IMG/VR virus record: IMGVR_UViG_3300047322_001237
Location: 214,989 to 278,988 of that record
Reading direction: 5' to 3' (one strand)
DNA: 64,000 nt
Shown: piece after piece, positions 1 to 8,908 of the stretch
Layout of the letters: each line of letters starts with the position of its first letter
Position numbering within the stretch: the first letter of the stretch is position 1
The notes under the pieces: generated by a model
Told to the model about the DNA's origin: nothing
The model's input: only the letters and a program-made list of their open reading frames with translations
The model's database searches: none
Program-made: the position numbers and the translations under genes

Positions 1-371
1 AGGATTTCGGCGAGCAGCTCTTCCGGGTGCAGATCCATCGCGCAGTGCTGCAGGATGATGCGCGGATCCTGATACGACTCGATCGCGTGAAGTCCGGTGA
101 GCAGCGTGGTCAGGTGACTGACCCGCGCGTCTTCGCTCGGCTCGACACCCATTGCCTTGAGCAAGGTGACGAGAATCTCCCGTGTCGTGTCGTAGATGTG
201 CTGGACGGTCTGACCTTGATCGGTCCCGTCGTCCGTCATCAGGATCTCAACGAAGTCATCTGAATAGTCCGGCAACTGCAGCGCATCGAGTGCCGCGTGT
301 GCTTCTTCAATTGTTTGGGTGAATTCGGGCGAGGCGGCTCCCGCCAGATAGTCCCGCAGAATGTCAATCAT
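1..371 (-). CDS. hypothetical phage protein, partial (runs off the window start)
   Basis: Read manually: ATG at 371 opens MIDILRDYLAGAASPEFTQTIEEAH... with no stop before base 1. Absent from the ORF track because it is truncated. Confidence 0.7.
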   Translation of the reverse strand, partial: MIDILRDYLAGAASPEFTQTIEEAHAALDALQLPDYSDDFVEILMTDDGTDQGQTVQHIYDTTREILVTLLKAMGVEPSEDARVSHLTTLLTGLHAIESYQDPRIILQHCAMDLHPEELLAEI

Positions 372-533
372 AGATGGCGAGTCCCGCAATAAGAAAATAC
401 CGACGGTATTAATGCTGTAGCGAAAACCATCGACGCCAACCCGATCTCTTTTTGATCGAGCCAGGGAATTTGGAAACGGTCAAATAATGGATCGCAGAAA
501 CAGTACAACTAACTTTCTCAGGATGTTTCACTC

Positions 534-1313
534 ATGACCAAGAAGAGCCAAGCGCGCATTCAGCGCGACATCGCAGAAGGCAAGCGCAAGCCGGCCATGC
601 GTTCGGTAAACATGGCAATGAACCAGCCGATCAAGCCGACGCAGAAGGCTGATGGCTCGTTCTCGATGTCCGCAGCAGATCGCATTCTCGCCGAATGCCG
701 GACCGGCGCTAACACCAACAAGGAAGCGAACACCTGCTGGAACGACCTGATCGGCGTCTATCAGCAGATGTCGGGCATGCTGCTTCGTCACACCGACATC
801 TCGTTGGTCTTGAACGACGCCGACCTGATGTCCTTCATCGAAGACAAGGACACGTTCAAGACCAACGTCCGTCAGTTCGCGAGCGACCTGCGCCAGTTGA
901 GCGACGAGCTGCAACAGCTGCGCGCGCTGCACAACGGCAAGACGGGCGGCAGCGATGATCCGGAAGAAGTGCTGCACTCGATCCACATCTTCGAGCAGTA
1001 CAACCTGTGGATGACGAAGCACGACGGCGTGCTCATGCCGACGGTCTACCACATCCTTGAAGCGACGAATCAGGCTGAACTCGCTCGCGGTCGGGCTCGC
1101 GCCGCAGACGGTCAACTCAACGGCGATGCACCGGAACTCGCAGTCGATCCCGCTGTGCTCGACGTGAACCAGATCACCGACGTCACCTTCAACGACGACA
1201 ACGTGGGCCAAGTCGTCGGCGTGCCGGATACGAAGGGACTCGTCGAAGCAGCGGTCGAATCTGGTCTCGCAGCCGAGAAGGCCGGTCGCGAAGGCAACTT
1301 CGAAATCGTCTAA
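534..1313 (+). CDS. hypothetical jumbo-phage protein (helical, acidic C-terminus)
   Basis: 259-aa ORF with phage-core codon style; first gene of a + strand operon running to 3801. Confidence 0.75.
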   Translation: MTKKSQARIQRDIAEGKRKPAMRSVNMAMNQPIKPTQKADGSFSMSAADRILAECRTGANTNKEANTCWNDLIGVYQQMSGMLLRHTDISLVLNDADLMSFIEDKDTFKTNVRQFASDLRQLSDELQQLRALHNGKTGGSDDPEEVLHSIHIFEQYNLWMTKHDGVLMPTVYHILEATNQAELARGRARAADGQLNGDAPELAVDPAVLDVNQITDVTFNDDNVGQVVGVPDTKGLVEAAVESGLAAEKAGREGNFEIV

Positions 1314-1340
1314 GTCTCCATTCAAGAAAGAGAGGTTGTT

Positions 1341-2930
1341 GTGAGTGGTCACAAAGAACATCCGGTGAACGCGTCGTTCACTCAGCATCTGGAAGCGCAG
1401 CAAGGTTCGGACGTCGTTCCGCCGGTCGAGACCCAAAGCGCGCCCGTCCTCGGCATGGACACGATCGAGACCGAATATCAGGAACCGGCAGGCTCGCTCG
1501 CTGAATCGAAACCGGAAGAGCCGGAAATCGCCGGCATCGGTCATTTGCCCGAGTCGACAACCGCCCAGCAGGACGCTGAAGTGTTCTTCCCGCTCGACGG
1601 CGAATGGGACACCAACGGCACGTTCCTGATCGGCCAGGCCGACACGCAAGATCGTGCATCCCGCGCCATTGCCGCCATGCCGAATCTGGATCTGACAGAT
1701 ACGGAAAGCGGTCGCGAGTGGGTGGACTACATGCGTGAAAGCATGGTCAGCGCACCCAACAAGGATCAGTGGCGTGCCACGGTCGATCGTGAAGCCAGCG
1801 AATGGCGTCAGGGCGTGAAGTCCGAGCGCGGCAATATCGCGATGGGTGCGATGTCGTTCAAGAACGTCGGTGGCGAACTTCTCACTGGCGAGAAGGCAGT
1901 GTTGCAAGTCCGTGCGCTATTGGGCCTGGGAAGTACCATCCAGGTTCCGCTGTGGCACTCAGGCTTCCACATCACCGTCAAGGCGCCGTCGGAAATCGCG
2001 CTGCTCGAACTCAACCGTCGCTTGATGGACGAGAAGATCGTCATGGGTCGCACGACCAACGGTCTGGCTTTCGCGAATACGTCGTCTTATCTCAGCGGCG
2101 GGTTGCTCGACTTCGCCATGGAACACGTGTACGACACGTCGCTCCAGGAGAAGGACATGAATCGCATCAAGTCGATGATCGAAACACCCGATTTGCCCTT
2201 GCTGTTCTGGGGTCTCGCCTGCGCCATCTGGCCGCGCGGTTTCCAATACGCTCGTCCGTACCTCGATCCGATCACGAACGAGGAAAAGATGCTGCGCGAG
2301 AAGCTCGCGGTTGGCAAGCTGCTCTGGGTCGACACCAAGGCACTCACGCCGTGGCAGATCGCGCACATGGCCCATCGCGGCAGCGGCACGATGACTGCGG
2401 ACGCGGTTAAGCGCTACAAGACCGAGTTCACGCTCGGTCAGGCGCGTCGCGTCCAGTTGTCGGAGCATATCGCGGTGACGCTCAAGGTGCCGGCGGCCAA
2501 CGACTACGTGCTCTCGGGTTATAAGTGGATCAGCGAGATCACGCGCGTGGTCGATGAAGCGTTCCAATTGCCTCCGGAAGATCAGCGTCGCACCAACTTC
2601 ATCATCCAGCACGGCAAGGCCACCAACATGCGCCAGTACATCCACTGGGTTGCTGAGGTTCATCCGGGTGCCGCCACGATCACGGATCGCGAAACCATCG
2701 AGAAGATCATCGATGACCTGTCGAGCAACGACGAGGTGCGTCGCAAGTACTTCGACGAGGTCAAGAAATACATCGATGATTCGACGATGGCCGTCATCGC
2801 AACGCCGACGGCGAACACGAAGGAAGAGAAGGAGCTGCCGCGCTTCCCGCATCTGTTGCCGATGAATGTCGAGCAGACTTTTTTTACCCTGCTCGAACAG
2901 AAAATCAGCCAGATCTCCCTCCGGAACTAA
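1341..2930 (+). CDS. conserved phiKZ-like protein, possibly tail/baseplate assembly related
   Basis: 529-aa ORF with GTG start after AGAGG. Acidic disordered N-terminus, then QVPLWHSGFHITVKAP, a segment I recall from phiKZ-like phages. The function is a guess. Confidence 0.6.
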   Translation: MSGHKEHPVNASFTQHLEAQQGSDVVPPVETQSAPVLGMDTIETEYQEPAGSLAESKPEEPEIAGIGHLPESTTAQQDAEVFFPLDGEWDTNGTFLIGQADTQDRASRAIAAMPNLDLTDTESGREWVDYMRESMVSAPNKDQWRATVDREASEWRQGVKSERGNIAMGAMSFKNVGGELLTGEKAVLQVRALLGLGSTIQVPLWHSGFHITVKAPSEIALLELNRRLMDEKIVMGRTTNGLAFANTSSYLSGGLLDFAMEHVYDTSLQEKDMNRIKSMIETPDLPLLFWGLACAIWPRGFQYARPYLDPITNEEKMLREKLAVGKLLWVDTKALTPWQIAHMAHRGSGTMTADAVKRYKTEFTLGQARRVQLSEHIAVTLKVPAANDYVLSGYKWISEITRVVDEAFQLPPEDQRRTNFIIQHGKATNMRQYIHWVAEVHPGAATITDRETIEKIIDDLSSNDEVRRKYFDEVKKYIDDSTMAVIATPTANTKEEKELPRFPHLLPMNVEQTFFTLLEQKISQISLRN

Positions 2931-2998
2931 GACCGCGGCACGTCGCGCAGCCGGACTTTGGCGAGCACGTCAAGGACGAGAATCCACTGAAGGCCGCA

Positions 2999-3358
2999 AT
3001 GGAGCGCGGTCCCGTAGTGCTCAACTCCTCCGACGTGCAGCTGGCGCTGCGCGACTGCTACGAAACCGCGTACCACATCTACGACCATTCGCGATCCGGG
3101 CCGAACGACACGCTCGCGCTGGTCGCAATGCGGGATGCGGAAGATAGTTCGTCGGGTGGTCTTCTGTACGAGCAGATTCGGCGATTCGAAGAGCGGCAAG
3201 TCTACAAGCACTTCGGTCTGAACCTGGTCCAGTTCCTTGAGCTGCCGTCAGACATCGTGCGGTTCGTTCTGGAAATGTCGCTCAAGCGTCAGCAGAACAC
3301 CGCGAAGACGCAGGAAGACGTGGTGGATGAAATCCAGCGTATGGCGGAGGGACAATGA
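2999..3358 (+). CDS. small phage protein, possible tail-assembly-chaperone-like
   Basis: 119 aa. YKHFGLNLVQFLELP resembles the short helical chaperone-type partners that follow hub-like genes. Stop overlaps the next start (ATGA). Confidence 0.5.
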   Translation: MERGPVVLNSSDVQLALRDCYETAYHIYDHSRSGPNDTLALVAMRDAEDSSSGGLLYEQIRRFEERQVYKHFGLNLVQFLELPSDIVRFVLEMSLKRQQNTAKTQEDVVDEIQRMAEGQ

Positions 3359-3801
3359 TCGAGCAGGTTGCAGTGCAAGACATTTTCACTTCTGCCTGTC
3401 AGGCGCTGATTGTGCCGGTGAACGTAGTGGGTACAATGGGCAAGGGTTTGGCGAAAGCCTTCGCTCAGCGGTATCCAGGACTCGAAGCAGCGTATCGAGA
3501 TGCGTGTCGCCGGCGAGTGTTTTCAAACCACGGGCTGTTTGTCTGGGAAGCAGGGGACGGGAAACTGATCGTCTGCTTTCCCACCAAGCGTCACTGGGCT
3601 AACCCATCTCGACTTCCATGGATCGACGAAGGTCTAAAACGACTGGCGCGCGACTTCGAAAAGTATCAGATCCGGTCTATCGCGATGCCGATGATCGGAT
3701 GCGGTGAGGGTGGTCTACGTTGGGATGACGTCTATCCCTTGATCGTGGAATGGCTCGAACCGGTGGAACTGCGAGTGCGAGTATGTCTATCGCCGCGGTG
3801 A
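3355..3801 (+). CDS. macrodomain ADP-ribosylhydrolase (DarG-macro-like)
   Basis: Motifs PVNVVGTMGKGLA, CFPTKRHW and SIAMPMIGCGEGGLRW match DarG-type macrodomains. Confidence 0.88.
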   Translation: MIEQVAVQDIFTSACQALIVPVNVVGTMGKGLAKAFAQRYPGLEAAYRDACRRRVFSNHGLFVWEAGDGKLIVCFPTKRHWANPSRLPWIDEGLKRLARDFEKYQIRSIAMPMIGCGEGGLRWDDVYPLIVEWLEPVELRVRVCLSPR

Positions 3802-3827
3802 AACCAAAAAAGAAGGAAGGTCATATC

Positions 3828-3856
3828 GGGAGGGCACGAGCCCTCCCTTTATGCCG
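3828..3856 (+). terminator. hairpin GGGAGGGC-ACGA-GCCCTCCC followed by TTTATGCCG
   Basis: Perfect 8-bp stem just after the macrodomain operon, with a T-rich run further downstream. Confidence 0.7.
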
Positions 3857-4140
3857 TCTTCTCTTTTTCATTACTTCATTGCCACGACTGCACGCTGCGA
3901 TGCCATGTCGTGACCGACGTGGTCCGCAACCACGAGGCTAAGGCCACCGAGGATGAAGAACATCGTGATCAGGAAGGCGCGCTTCGTCGCACCCTTGTTT
4001 GCTTTGCCCGAGTGGTAGTTGTTGTTTGCAAAGTCGATCATGATTCGCTCCGAATAGATTGGTTTTGCAATCTCACCTGTGGATTGCGTTCGGGCGAGTC
4101 ATATGTGTCTGAGAATTTCTGGAATCCTCGATTGACGGCT

Positions 4141-4149
4141 TGCTACAAT
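4141..4149 (+). promoter_or_regulatory. putative host sigma70 extended -10 promoter for the H-NS-like gene
   Basis: TGcTACAAT 24 bp upstream of the ATG at 4174, with an AGGAG RBS at 4162-4166. No good -35 element. Confidence 0.5.
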
Positions 4150-4173
4150 TTCTCTTTCCTCAGGAGTTTTGTA

Positions 4174-4500
4174 ATGGCAAGGCAACCTCGCGCGACACTC
4201 GAACAACTACGCGAACGACTGGCGACGGTGCAGGAACAAATCGCCAAGGAAGAGGAGAAGCGGCGCACGACGGCGCTTGAGGAGATTCATTCGCTGATGT
4301 TTCAGCACGGACTCACGCCGACTGACATCGAAGCGAAAGGGAAACGAGGGCCGGCGAAGAAGCAATCGAAAGCTGCTTCAAAGACGACGGTCGCGCCGAA
4401 GTATCAGGATCCGAAGACGGGCGCGACGTGGAGCGGTCGCGGTCGCGAACCGCTGTGGATCAAGGGCAAAAAGCGCGAAAAGTTTTTGATCGCGAAGTAA
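4174..4500 (+). CDS. hns: H-NS family nucleoid-associated protein (Burkholderia type)
   Basis: N-terminal coiled coil, then C-terminal PKYQDPKTGATWSGRGREPLWI (H-NS TWxGxGRxP signature). Start set at the ATG after AGGAG; the ORF track extension to 3910 is probably spurious. Confidence 0.93.
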   Translation: MARQPRATLEQLRERLATVQEQIAKEEEKRRTTALEEIHSLMFQHGLTPTDIEAKGKRGPAKKQSKAASKTTVAPKYQDPKTGATWSGRGREPLWIKGKKREKFLIAK

Positions 4501-4523
4501 GCGAGCATCTTAGTGATCGCCCG

Positions 4524-5297
4524 TTACGCTGCGGGGTCCGGTTCGTCGTCAGGCGCCGGATCGTTCTTCTCCGTTTGATCCTTAATGTTCGACCCTTTCC
4601 TGCTTCTTGGTTTTGACTTCGCTTTTGATTCAGGTGCACTAGAGGACCTTTCGGAAGCGCCTGCTGACGTGCTCTCGTTCCGTGGCAGTTTCGGGACGAA
4701 ACCAAGGTAGTCGCCAATCCGCTGGCGGATACTTTCCTCCAAACCGTGGGAGAGCCCACTGGCGATTCCACAAATCACCATCCCCAATGGCACGGAAATG
4801 AGCAAGAGCATCGTGTCCTTGCCAACGATAAAGCCAGCATACGCGCCAATTGCCGAACCGGAGGCACGCACTAAATTTTCTAATGAGATGCTGCTAAGTG
4901 GGGAGCTTTCGAATGGAACAATGCTCTCGTAAGACAAGTAATTCACAAACTCCATGGCATGTCCGTAGTTGACCTCTCGAAGAGATCTAGACTCATGTAT
5001 GACATCCCTTAATGCTTTCCTTGGGTCGAGTCCCTTCAAGGGTTGGTCAGCATTAGGATTTGTGATCTCTTTGAAATAGTCGAAACGCCCAATTAGGGCT
5101 CTTTTTTGCCAGTCGAGGCGGTACCGCTTCAGCTCCACGTTTTCATCCCGAATCGGTCGGACGAAACCCTCAGGAAAGCACCGCTGCGGAACGCTGAACA
5201 AATGCGCAGACAGACCACTTTCTTCGTCGTAGATCGTGGTCTCGTAAAACTGAGGCTTCCGATAAAACTTGGGCGTGCCCGGTTGTTCATCAGTCAT
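4524..5297 (-). CDS. hypothetical membrane-associated protein (AT-richer cargo)
   Basis: 257 aa, with a hydrophobic Gly-rich stretch (GSAIGAYAGFIVG...LLLISVPLGMVICGIASGL) and a charged disordered tail. Confidence 0.6.
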   Translation of the reverse strand: MTDEQPGTPKFYRKPQFYETTIYDEESGLSAHLFSVPQRCFPEGFVRPIRDENVELKRYRLDWQKRALIGRFDYFKEITNPNADQPLKGLDPRKALRDVIHESRSLREVNYGHAMEFVNYLSYESIVPFESSPLSSISLENLVRASGSAIGAYAGFIVGKDTMLLLISVPLGMVICGIASGLSHGLEESIRQRIGDYLGFVPKLPRNESTSAGASERSSSAPESKAKSKPRSRKGSNIKDQTEKNDPAPDDEPDPAA

Positions 5298-5339
5298 GGC
5301 GACGAATCCCCCTAGGTAATCGACTTCACATAAATGAAA

Positions 5340-5642
5340 TCAACTCTCTCCAAACGATCTCGCGAGCTTTTCCCATCGCCGCTGCAACAGGTCGATCACT
5401 TTTTGGTTACGCTCTCGCCCGACCGTTGCCATCTCGAAATACTCTTCGATCGATGCTTCCACCTTGGCCGGATCGTCCCCAACGATCTGATGCCAGGGGC
5501 CGACGTAGGCCACGATCAGGCTGTCATGGAAGATGCAGCGCCCGATCGCCGCGCCAGCGGACATTACGAAGCCTTCATAATGACACCCCTTGAGAGGCCG
5601 TCCGTCGGCGGGCAGGTTTCGAAAATGCAGTTCCACCTTCAT
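5340..5642 (-). CDS. hypothetical protein
   Basis: 100-aa ORF of globular composition; no recognisable family. Confidence 0.5.
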   Translation of the reverse strand: MKVELHFRNLPADGRPLKGCHYEGFVMSAGAAIGRCIFHDSLIVAYVGPWHQIVGDDPAKVEASIEEYFEMATVGRERNQKVIDLLQRRWEKLARSFGES

Positions 5643-5830
5643 CGTGCTTTGGGGCTCCGTGTCGAGGGTCGATCCGCCAAGACCTGACTACGGACAGCAA
5701 AATGCGTACATGCGGGGTTGTGCCCCTAACTTTTTACCGGTTTCACGCCGTCGACGCGCCGTCAACTGCGCTCAAATAACCCTCGGCACCTTCGACACTC
5801 GTACAACTCAGAGTCGGTCGTCGCAGGCTC

Positions 5831-6079
5831 CTATTTGCTTAGCGACGAGTTCCGGAACCATCGCGTTTGCGAATCTTGCCGTTGTTTCGAAATTCGTTCG
5901 TCCAAAGCTAGCTGCAGGTCGTCGATGTGCTTTGTGGCGACCGCAAGCGCGGAGGCTGCGGAGCGGTCGGTATTGAAGAGCCGTTTAAGTGTCTCCACAC
6001 GCTGCTCGCGCGGGACGGCCCGCGTGTCGGGGTACAGCACGGCGAGGATGTCGATAAACTGCTCAAGGTGATTTGACAT
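5831..6079 (-). CDS. hypothetical protein (coiled-coil C-terminus)
   Basis: 82-aa ORF preceded by an AT-rich upstream region. Confidence 0.5.
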   Translation of the reverse strand: MSNHLEQFIDILAVLYPDTRAVPREQRVETLKRLFNTDRSAASALAVATKHIDDLQLALDERISKQRQDSQTRWFRNSSLSK

Positions 6080-6182
6080 AACTGTTTTTAGCGAACTTTT
6101 ACGGATTACTTACATAAACTTGGCACGTGCAATGCTGAAACGACACGGCGTGACCATGTCACGCGTGGTCTCCTCGTATTGG

Positions 6183-6220
6183 GCCCGTCGCCAGTCCCCA
6201 GCGTGACGGGCATTTTTTTT
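6183..6220 (+). terminator. intrinsic terminator on + strand with no annotated + strand gene upstream
   Basis: GCCCGTCGC...GCGTGACGGGC stem followed by A and eight Ts. Confidence 0.6.
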
Positions 6221-6234
6221 AACGAGCAAGACCG

Positions 6235-6471
6235 CTACACGCGGTAGCCATGGGAGGCTAGCAGTTCCCCGATATTCGCCCCTTCCCACGAGCCGGGCCG
6301 ACTGTGCACCATGGCGGCGTCTTCCGCGAGCATGACGAGCAACGCCTTAGCGTCCAGTGGTCCGTGGGTAGTCGCGCCGTCGCGCTGCTTGTTCACAACG
6401 CTGCATGCTTCGGCGACCATGACCAAGCCGCGGTAGACGTCGTCTCTAAGCTCCATCTCGATCTTGACCAT
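6235..6471 (-). CDS. hypothetical protein
   Basis: 78-aa ORF with GAGG upstream. Confidence 0.55.
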   Translation of the reverse strand: MVKIEMELRDDVYRGLVMVAEACSVVNKQRDGATTHGPLDAKALLVMLAEDAAMVHSRPGSWEGANIGELLASHGYRV

Positions 6472-6530
6472 CGGTGCCTCCGCTGCGGGTATCGGCTTTG
6501 CTGCGGGCAGATTATCAGAGGGAGGTCGTC

Positions 6531-7028
6531 ATGTGCTACGGAAAACCAGAAGAGCTACTTGCTCAGCTTTTGCAAGCGCGGCCATTGAAGCCAAACCAGT
6601 ACGGCCATACCGCGCTGGAAGACTTCGAGCATTTCTGTGCTTACTCGGGGTGCGACCCGAATAACACTTGGGCTAAGCTAGCCTTCGTAACAGCGAGTCT
6701 TCCACCATCAACCCCGAAGGGCCATGCCATGAGCGAAGAACTCGAAAAACAGTGCGCTGACATTAGCATGCTCCTGCGCGATCATCCGCCCGGAACAACG
6801 GCCGACATCGCGGAGTTTTGTATCGTTTATTGGGACGGCGACAGACTCGTCGGTGCGCATCTGTCCGCGGATCACCCGGGCCAACCAGACGAGCCATTTG
6901 ACGTCGACGAGGTGTTGTCAGAGATTCCGGAATGCGTCGACGAATGGCTGAAGGCACCGAAGTACTCCTTCAGGCCGACAATCGTCGAATGGATGAAGGA
7001 CTCGCCGCCGCGTGAATCGGGGGCGTGA
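6531..7028 (+). CDS. hypothetical protein
   Basis: ATG at 6531 after GGAGG. A second in-frame ATG near 6729 suggests a possible two-domain or fused ORF. Confidence 0.55.
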   Translation: MCYGKPEELLAQLLQARPLKPNQYGHTALEDFEHFCAYSGCDPNNTWAKLAFVTASLPPSTPKGHAMSEELEKQCADISMLLRDHPPGTTADIAEFCIVYWDGDRLVGAHLSADHPGQPDEPFDVDEVLSEIPECVDEWLKAPKYSFRPTIVEWMKDSPPRESGA

Positions 7029-7034
7029 GCTTCC

Positions 7035-7676
7035 GTGAGCCTGCCGATAATCGAGCCGGGCGACATGATGCACGGCGTGCGAGTACGCGCGCCCTTCTCT
7101 CGCGATGGCTGGATCTTTGAGATCAAATACGACGGGTATCGCGCCTTTATCCGCAAGCAAGCTGACCGCGTCGAACTTCTATCTCGCCACGGCACGGTCA
7201 TGAATGCAGTCTTTCCGGACATCATCGAGGCCGTTAGCGCGGTGCCCGGAAACTTCATTTGGGACGCCGAGCTCACGGTCGACGAGAGTAACGGACGTTC
7301 TTCGTTCGAGGGCCTTCAACAGCGAGGGCGCTTACGCGTTCCGATGCGTGTCCGTGCAGCCGCGCGCGAGCGCCCTGCCCGTCTCTACGTCTTCGATATC
7401 CTCGCCTCCGAAGATGACGACCTACGACAACTCCCGCTCGACCAACGAAAGGAAATCCTCAGAGACACGTTCGATGACAACTCGGTGCTGATCTACGCAG
7501 GGGGAATCATCGGCGCCGGTGAATGGGTCTTCGAGCAGGCGCAGAAACTCGACCTCGAGGGCGTCATGGCGAAACGCCTCGACTCGCTCTACGTGGCGGG
7601 TCGCTCCCATGCATGGCAGAAGGTCAAGAACCTAGACTACAGCCGCCCTGCTGCTCTCGGTATCGGTCGCCGGTAA
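7035..7676 (+). CDS. ATP-dependent DNA ligase, adenylation domain only (LigD/LigC-like)
   Basis: Motif I EIKYDGYR, YVFDIL, EGVMAKR and WQKVK. Ends at 213 aa without an OB domain. Confidence 0.88.
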   Translation: MSLPIIEPGDMMHGVRVRAPFSRDGWIFEIKYDGYRAFIRKQADRVELLSRHGTVMNAVFPDIIEAVSAVPGNFIWDAELTVDESNGRSSFEGLQQRGRLRVPMRVRAAARERPARLYVFDILASEDDDLRQLPLDQRKEILRDTFDDNSVLIYAGGIIGAGEWVFEQAQKLDLEGVMAKRLDSLYVAGRSHAWQKVKNLDYSRPAALGIGRR

Positions 7677-7678
7677 CA

Positions 7679-8392
7679 CTACGCGCCGGTCGCCGCGAGG
7701 ATCGATTGCATCGCCGTTGGCGCAAGCGTCCTCGCAGGCTTGCTGGAACGTCCATAGGGACTGAGCAAGATCGGCGACGGCTTCAGTGCTAAATCGAAAG
7801 GCTCGACACCGATGGGACCTTTTCGCTTCACGATGTTGACCGAGACGCCGTCGGCTGCTGGCCGGATGGCGAGTCGCAGCGACGCGGGCGATGTGTCCTG
7901 CTGCACGGCAAGCGGACGGAAAACGAAAAACAGCATCTCCGACGACTGCGAGACCAGTAACAGACGCCGCAGCGATTCGGGACGCATGTGCTGCTGCCAC
8001 AGTAAGACCGCCCCGCATGTATTCGCCTTCAGTATCTGCTCAGTCGACCAGAGCACGTCCGCCGTCTTTTCGACCTCCAGCCGAATCAACTTCTCCGGCG
8101 GAACGCCGATATACGCGAGTCCCTGGACGTTCGGAACATGTGGCGGTTTGATTAATACAACAGGCCGTTTCGCCACCGTGGTCAGCGCCGGCTGCAACAT
8201 GCGCACTTCGCCGATCCCTGGCTGTTGGACTAGCAGTTCGACCAAGGTGCCAATCGGCCACCCCCCGCCAGGCAATTCCGCCGATAGCCGGTCGTAGCCG
8301 GTGTCGACCGTGCGCCCTGCCCTTCTTGCCAACTGGTTACCGCGCCAGAGGGACGGGTGGATTTCTTCAATGTCCTTGGGAAGTGCTGACAT
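7679..8392 (-). CDS. imuA: translesion synthesis-associated protein ImuA (RecA/SulA-like)
   Basis: HPSLWRG, TGYDRLSAELPGGGWPIGTLVELL and PASLRL are typical ImuA segments. Start set at ATG 8392, downstream of the SOS box. Confidence 0.88.
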   Translation of the reverse strand: MSALPKDIEEIHPSLWRGNQLARRAGRTVDTGYDRLSAELPGGGWPIGTLVELLVQQPGIGEVRMLQPALTTVAKRPVVLIKPPHVPNVQGLAYIGVPPEKLIRLEVEKTADVLWSTEQILKANTCGAVLLWQQHMRPESLRRLLLVSQSSEMLFFVFRPLAVQQDTSPASLRLAIRPAADGVSVNIVKRKGPIGVEPFDLALKPSPILLSPYGRSSKPARTLAPTAMQSILAATGA

Positions 8393-8407
8393 CGTCGCGC
8401 CTAAACA

Positions 8408-8423
8408 CTGTATAGATGTACAG
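8408..8423. promoter_or_regulatory. LexA (SOS) box
   Basis: CTGT-ATAGATGT-ACAG is an exact CTGT-N8-ACAG, 15 bp upstream of the imuA ATG. Confidence 0.9.
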
Positions 8424-8908
8424 TATCCTACACCCTTTTTCGCGGCGCATCGTCTACCACTTAGGGAACCGCTTGGAGAGACAGTTAGTTGCGTGGTGAA
8501 AACCACAAAAAACGTATCATTCATTACGTTTTGGCGCCGTGACTGTCTGCCAACCTCGGCCGACTTCCGGATCACGTCAAAGAACGCTTGCCAGCGGCCA
8601 CTTAGTTCTTTTTCCGTGAAACATTCCCCGCGAGCTGCCGCCGACGCCTTGATTTAGAACAAGTTGGCGCCTTCGAAAATTTGTCCCGAGTGTTTCACGG
8701 GACGTCATTCGAACTTAAGACTACTTCGAGGTTCCACGCCCTCTTCCCCGCCCTGCTTGACCGACAAAAAGTGACAGTACAGCGAAGTATACTTGCTCTG
8801 CCCTTGTTTACAAGCTAGAGTTCGACACAATTCGGTCGTGCGCCGCATTCTTCGGTCGAAGGTGATTTTTCGAAAAACCGAAGAATCCACAACAAAGGGG
8901 AACCTCTC

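Noticed and set aside
8614-8700. CCGTGAAACA and TGTTTCACGG, inverted 10-mers resembling halves of the universal parS
   Set aside because: They are 67 bp apart rather than a contiguous palindrome, so parS cannot be called without ParB ChIP.
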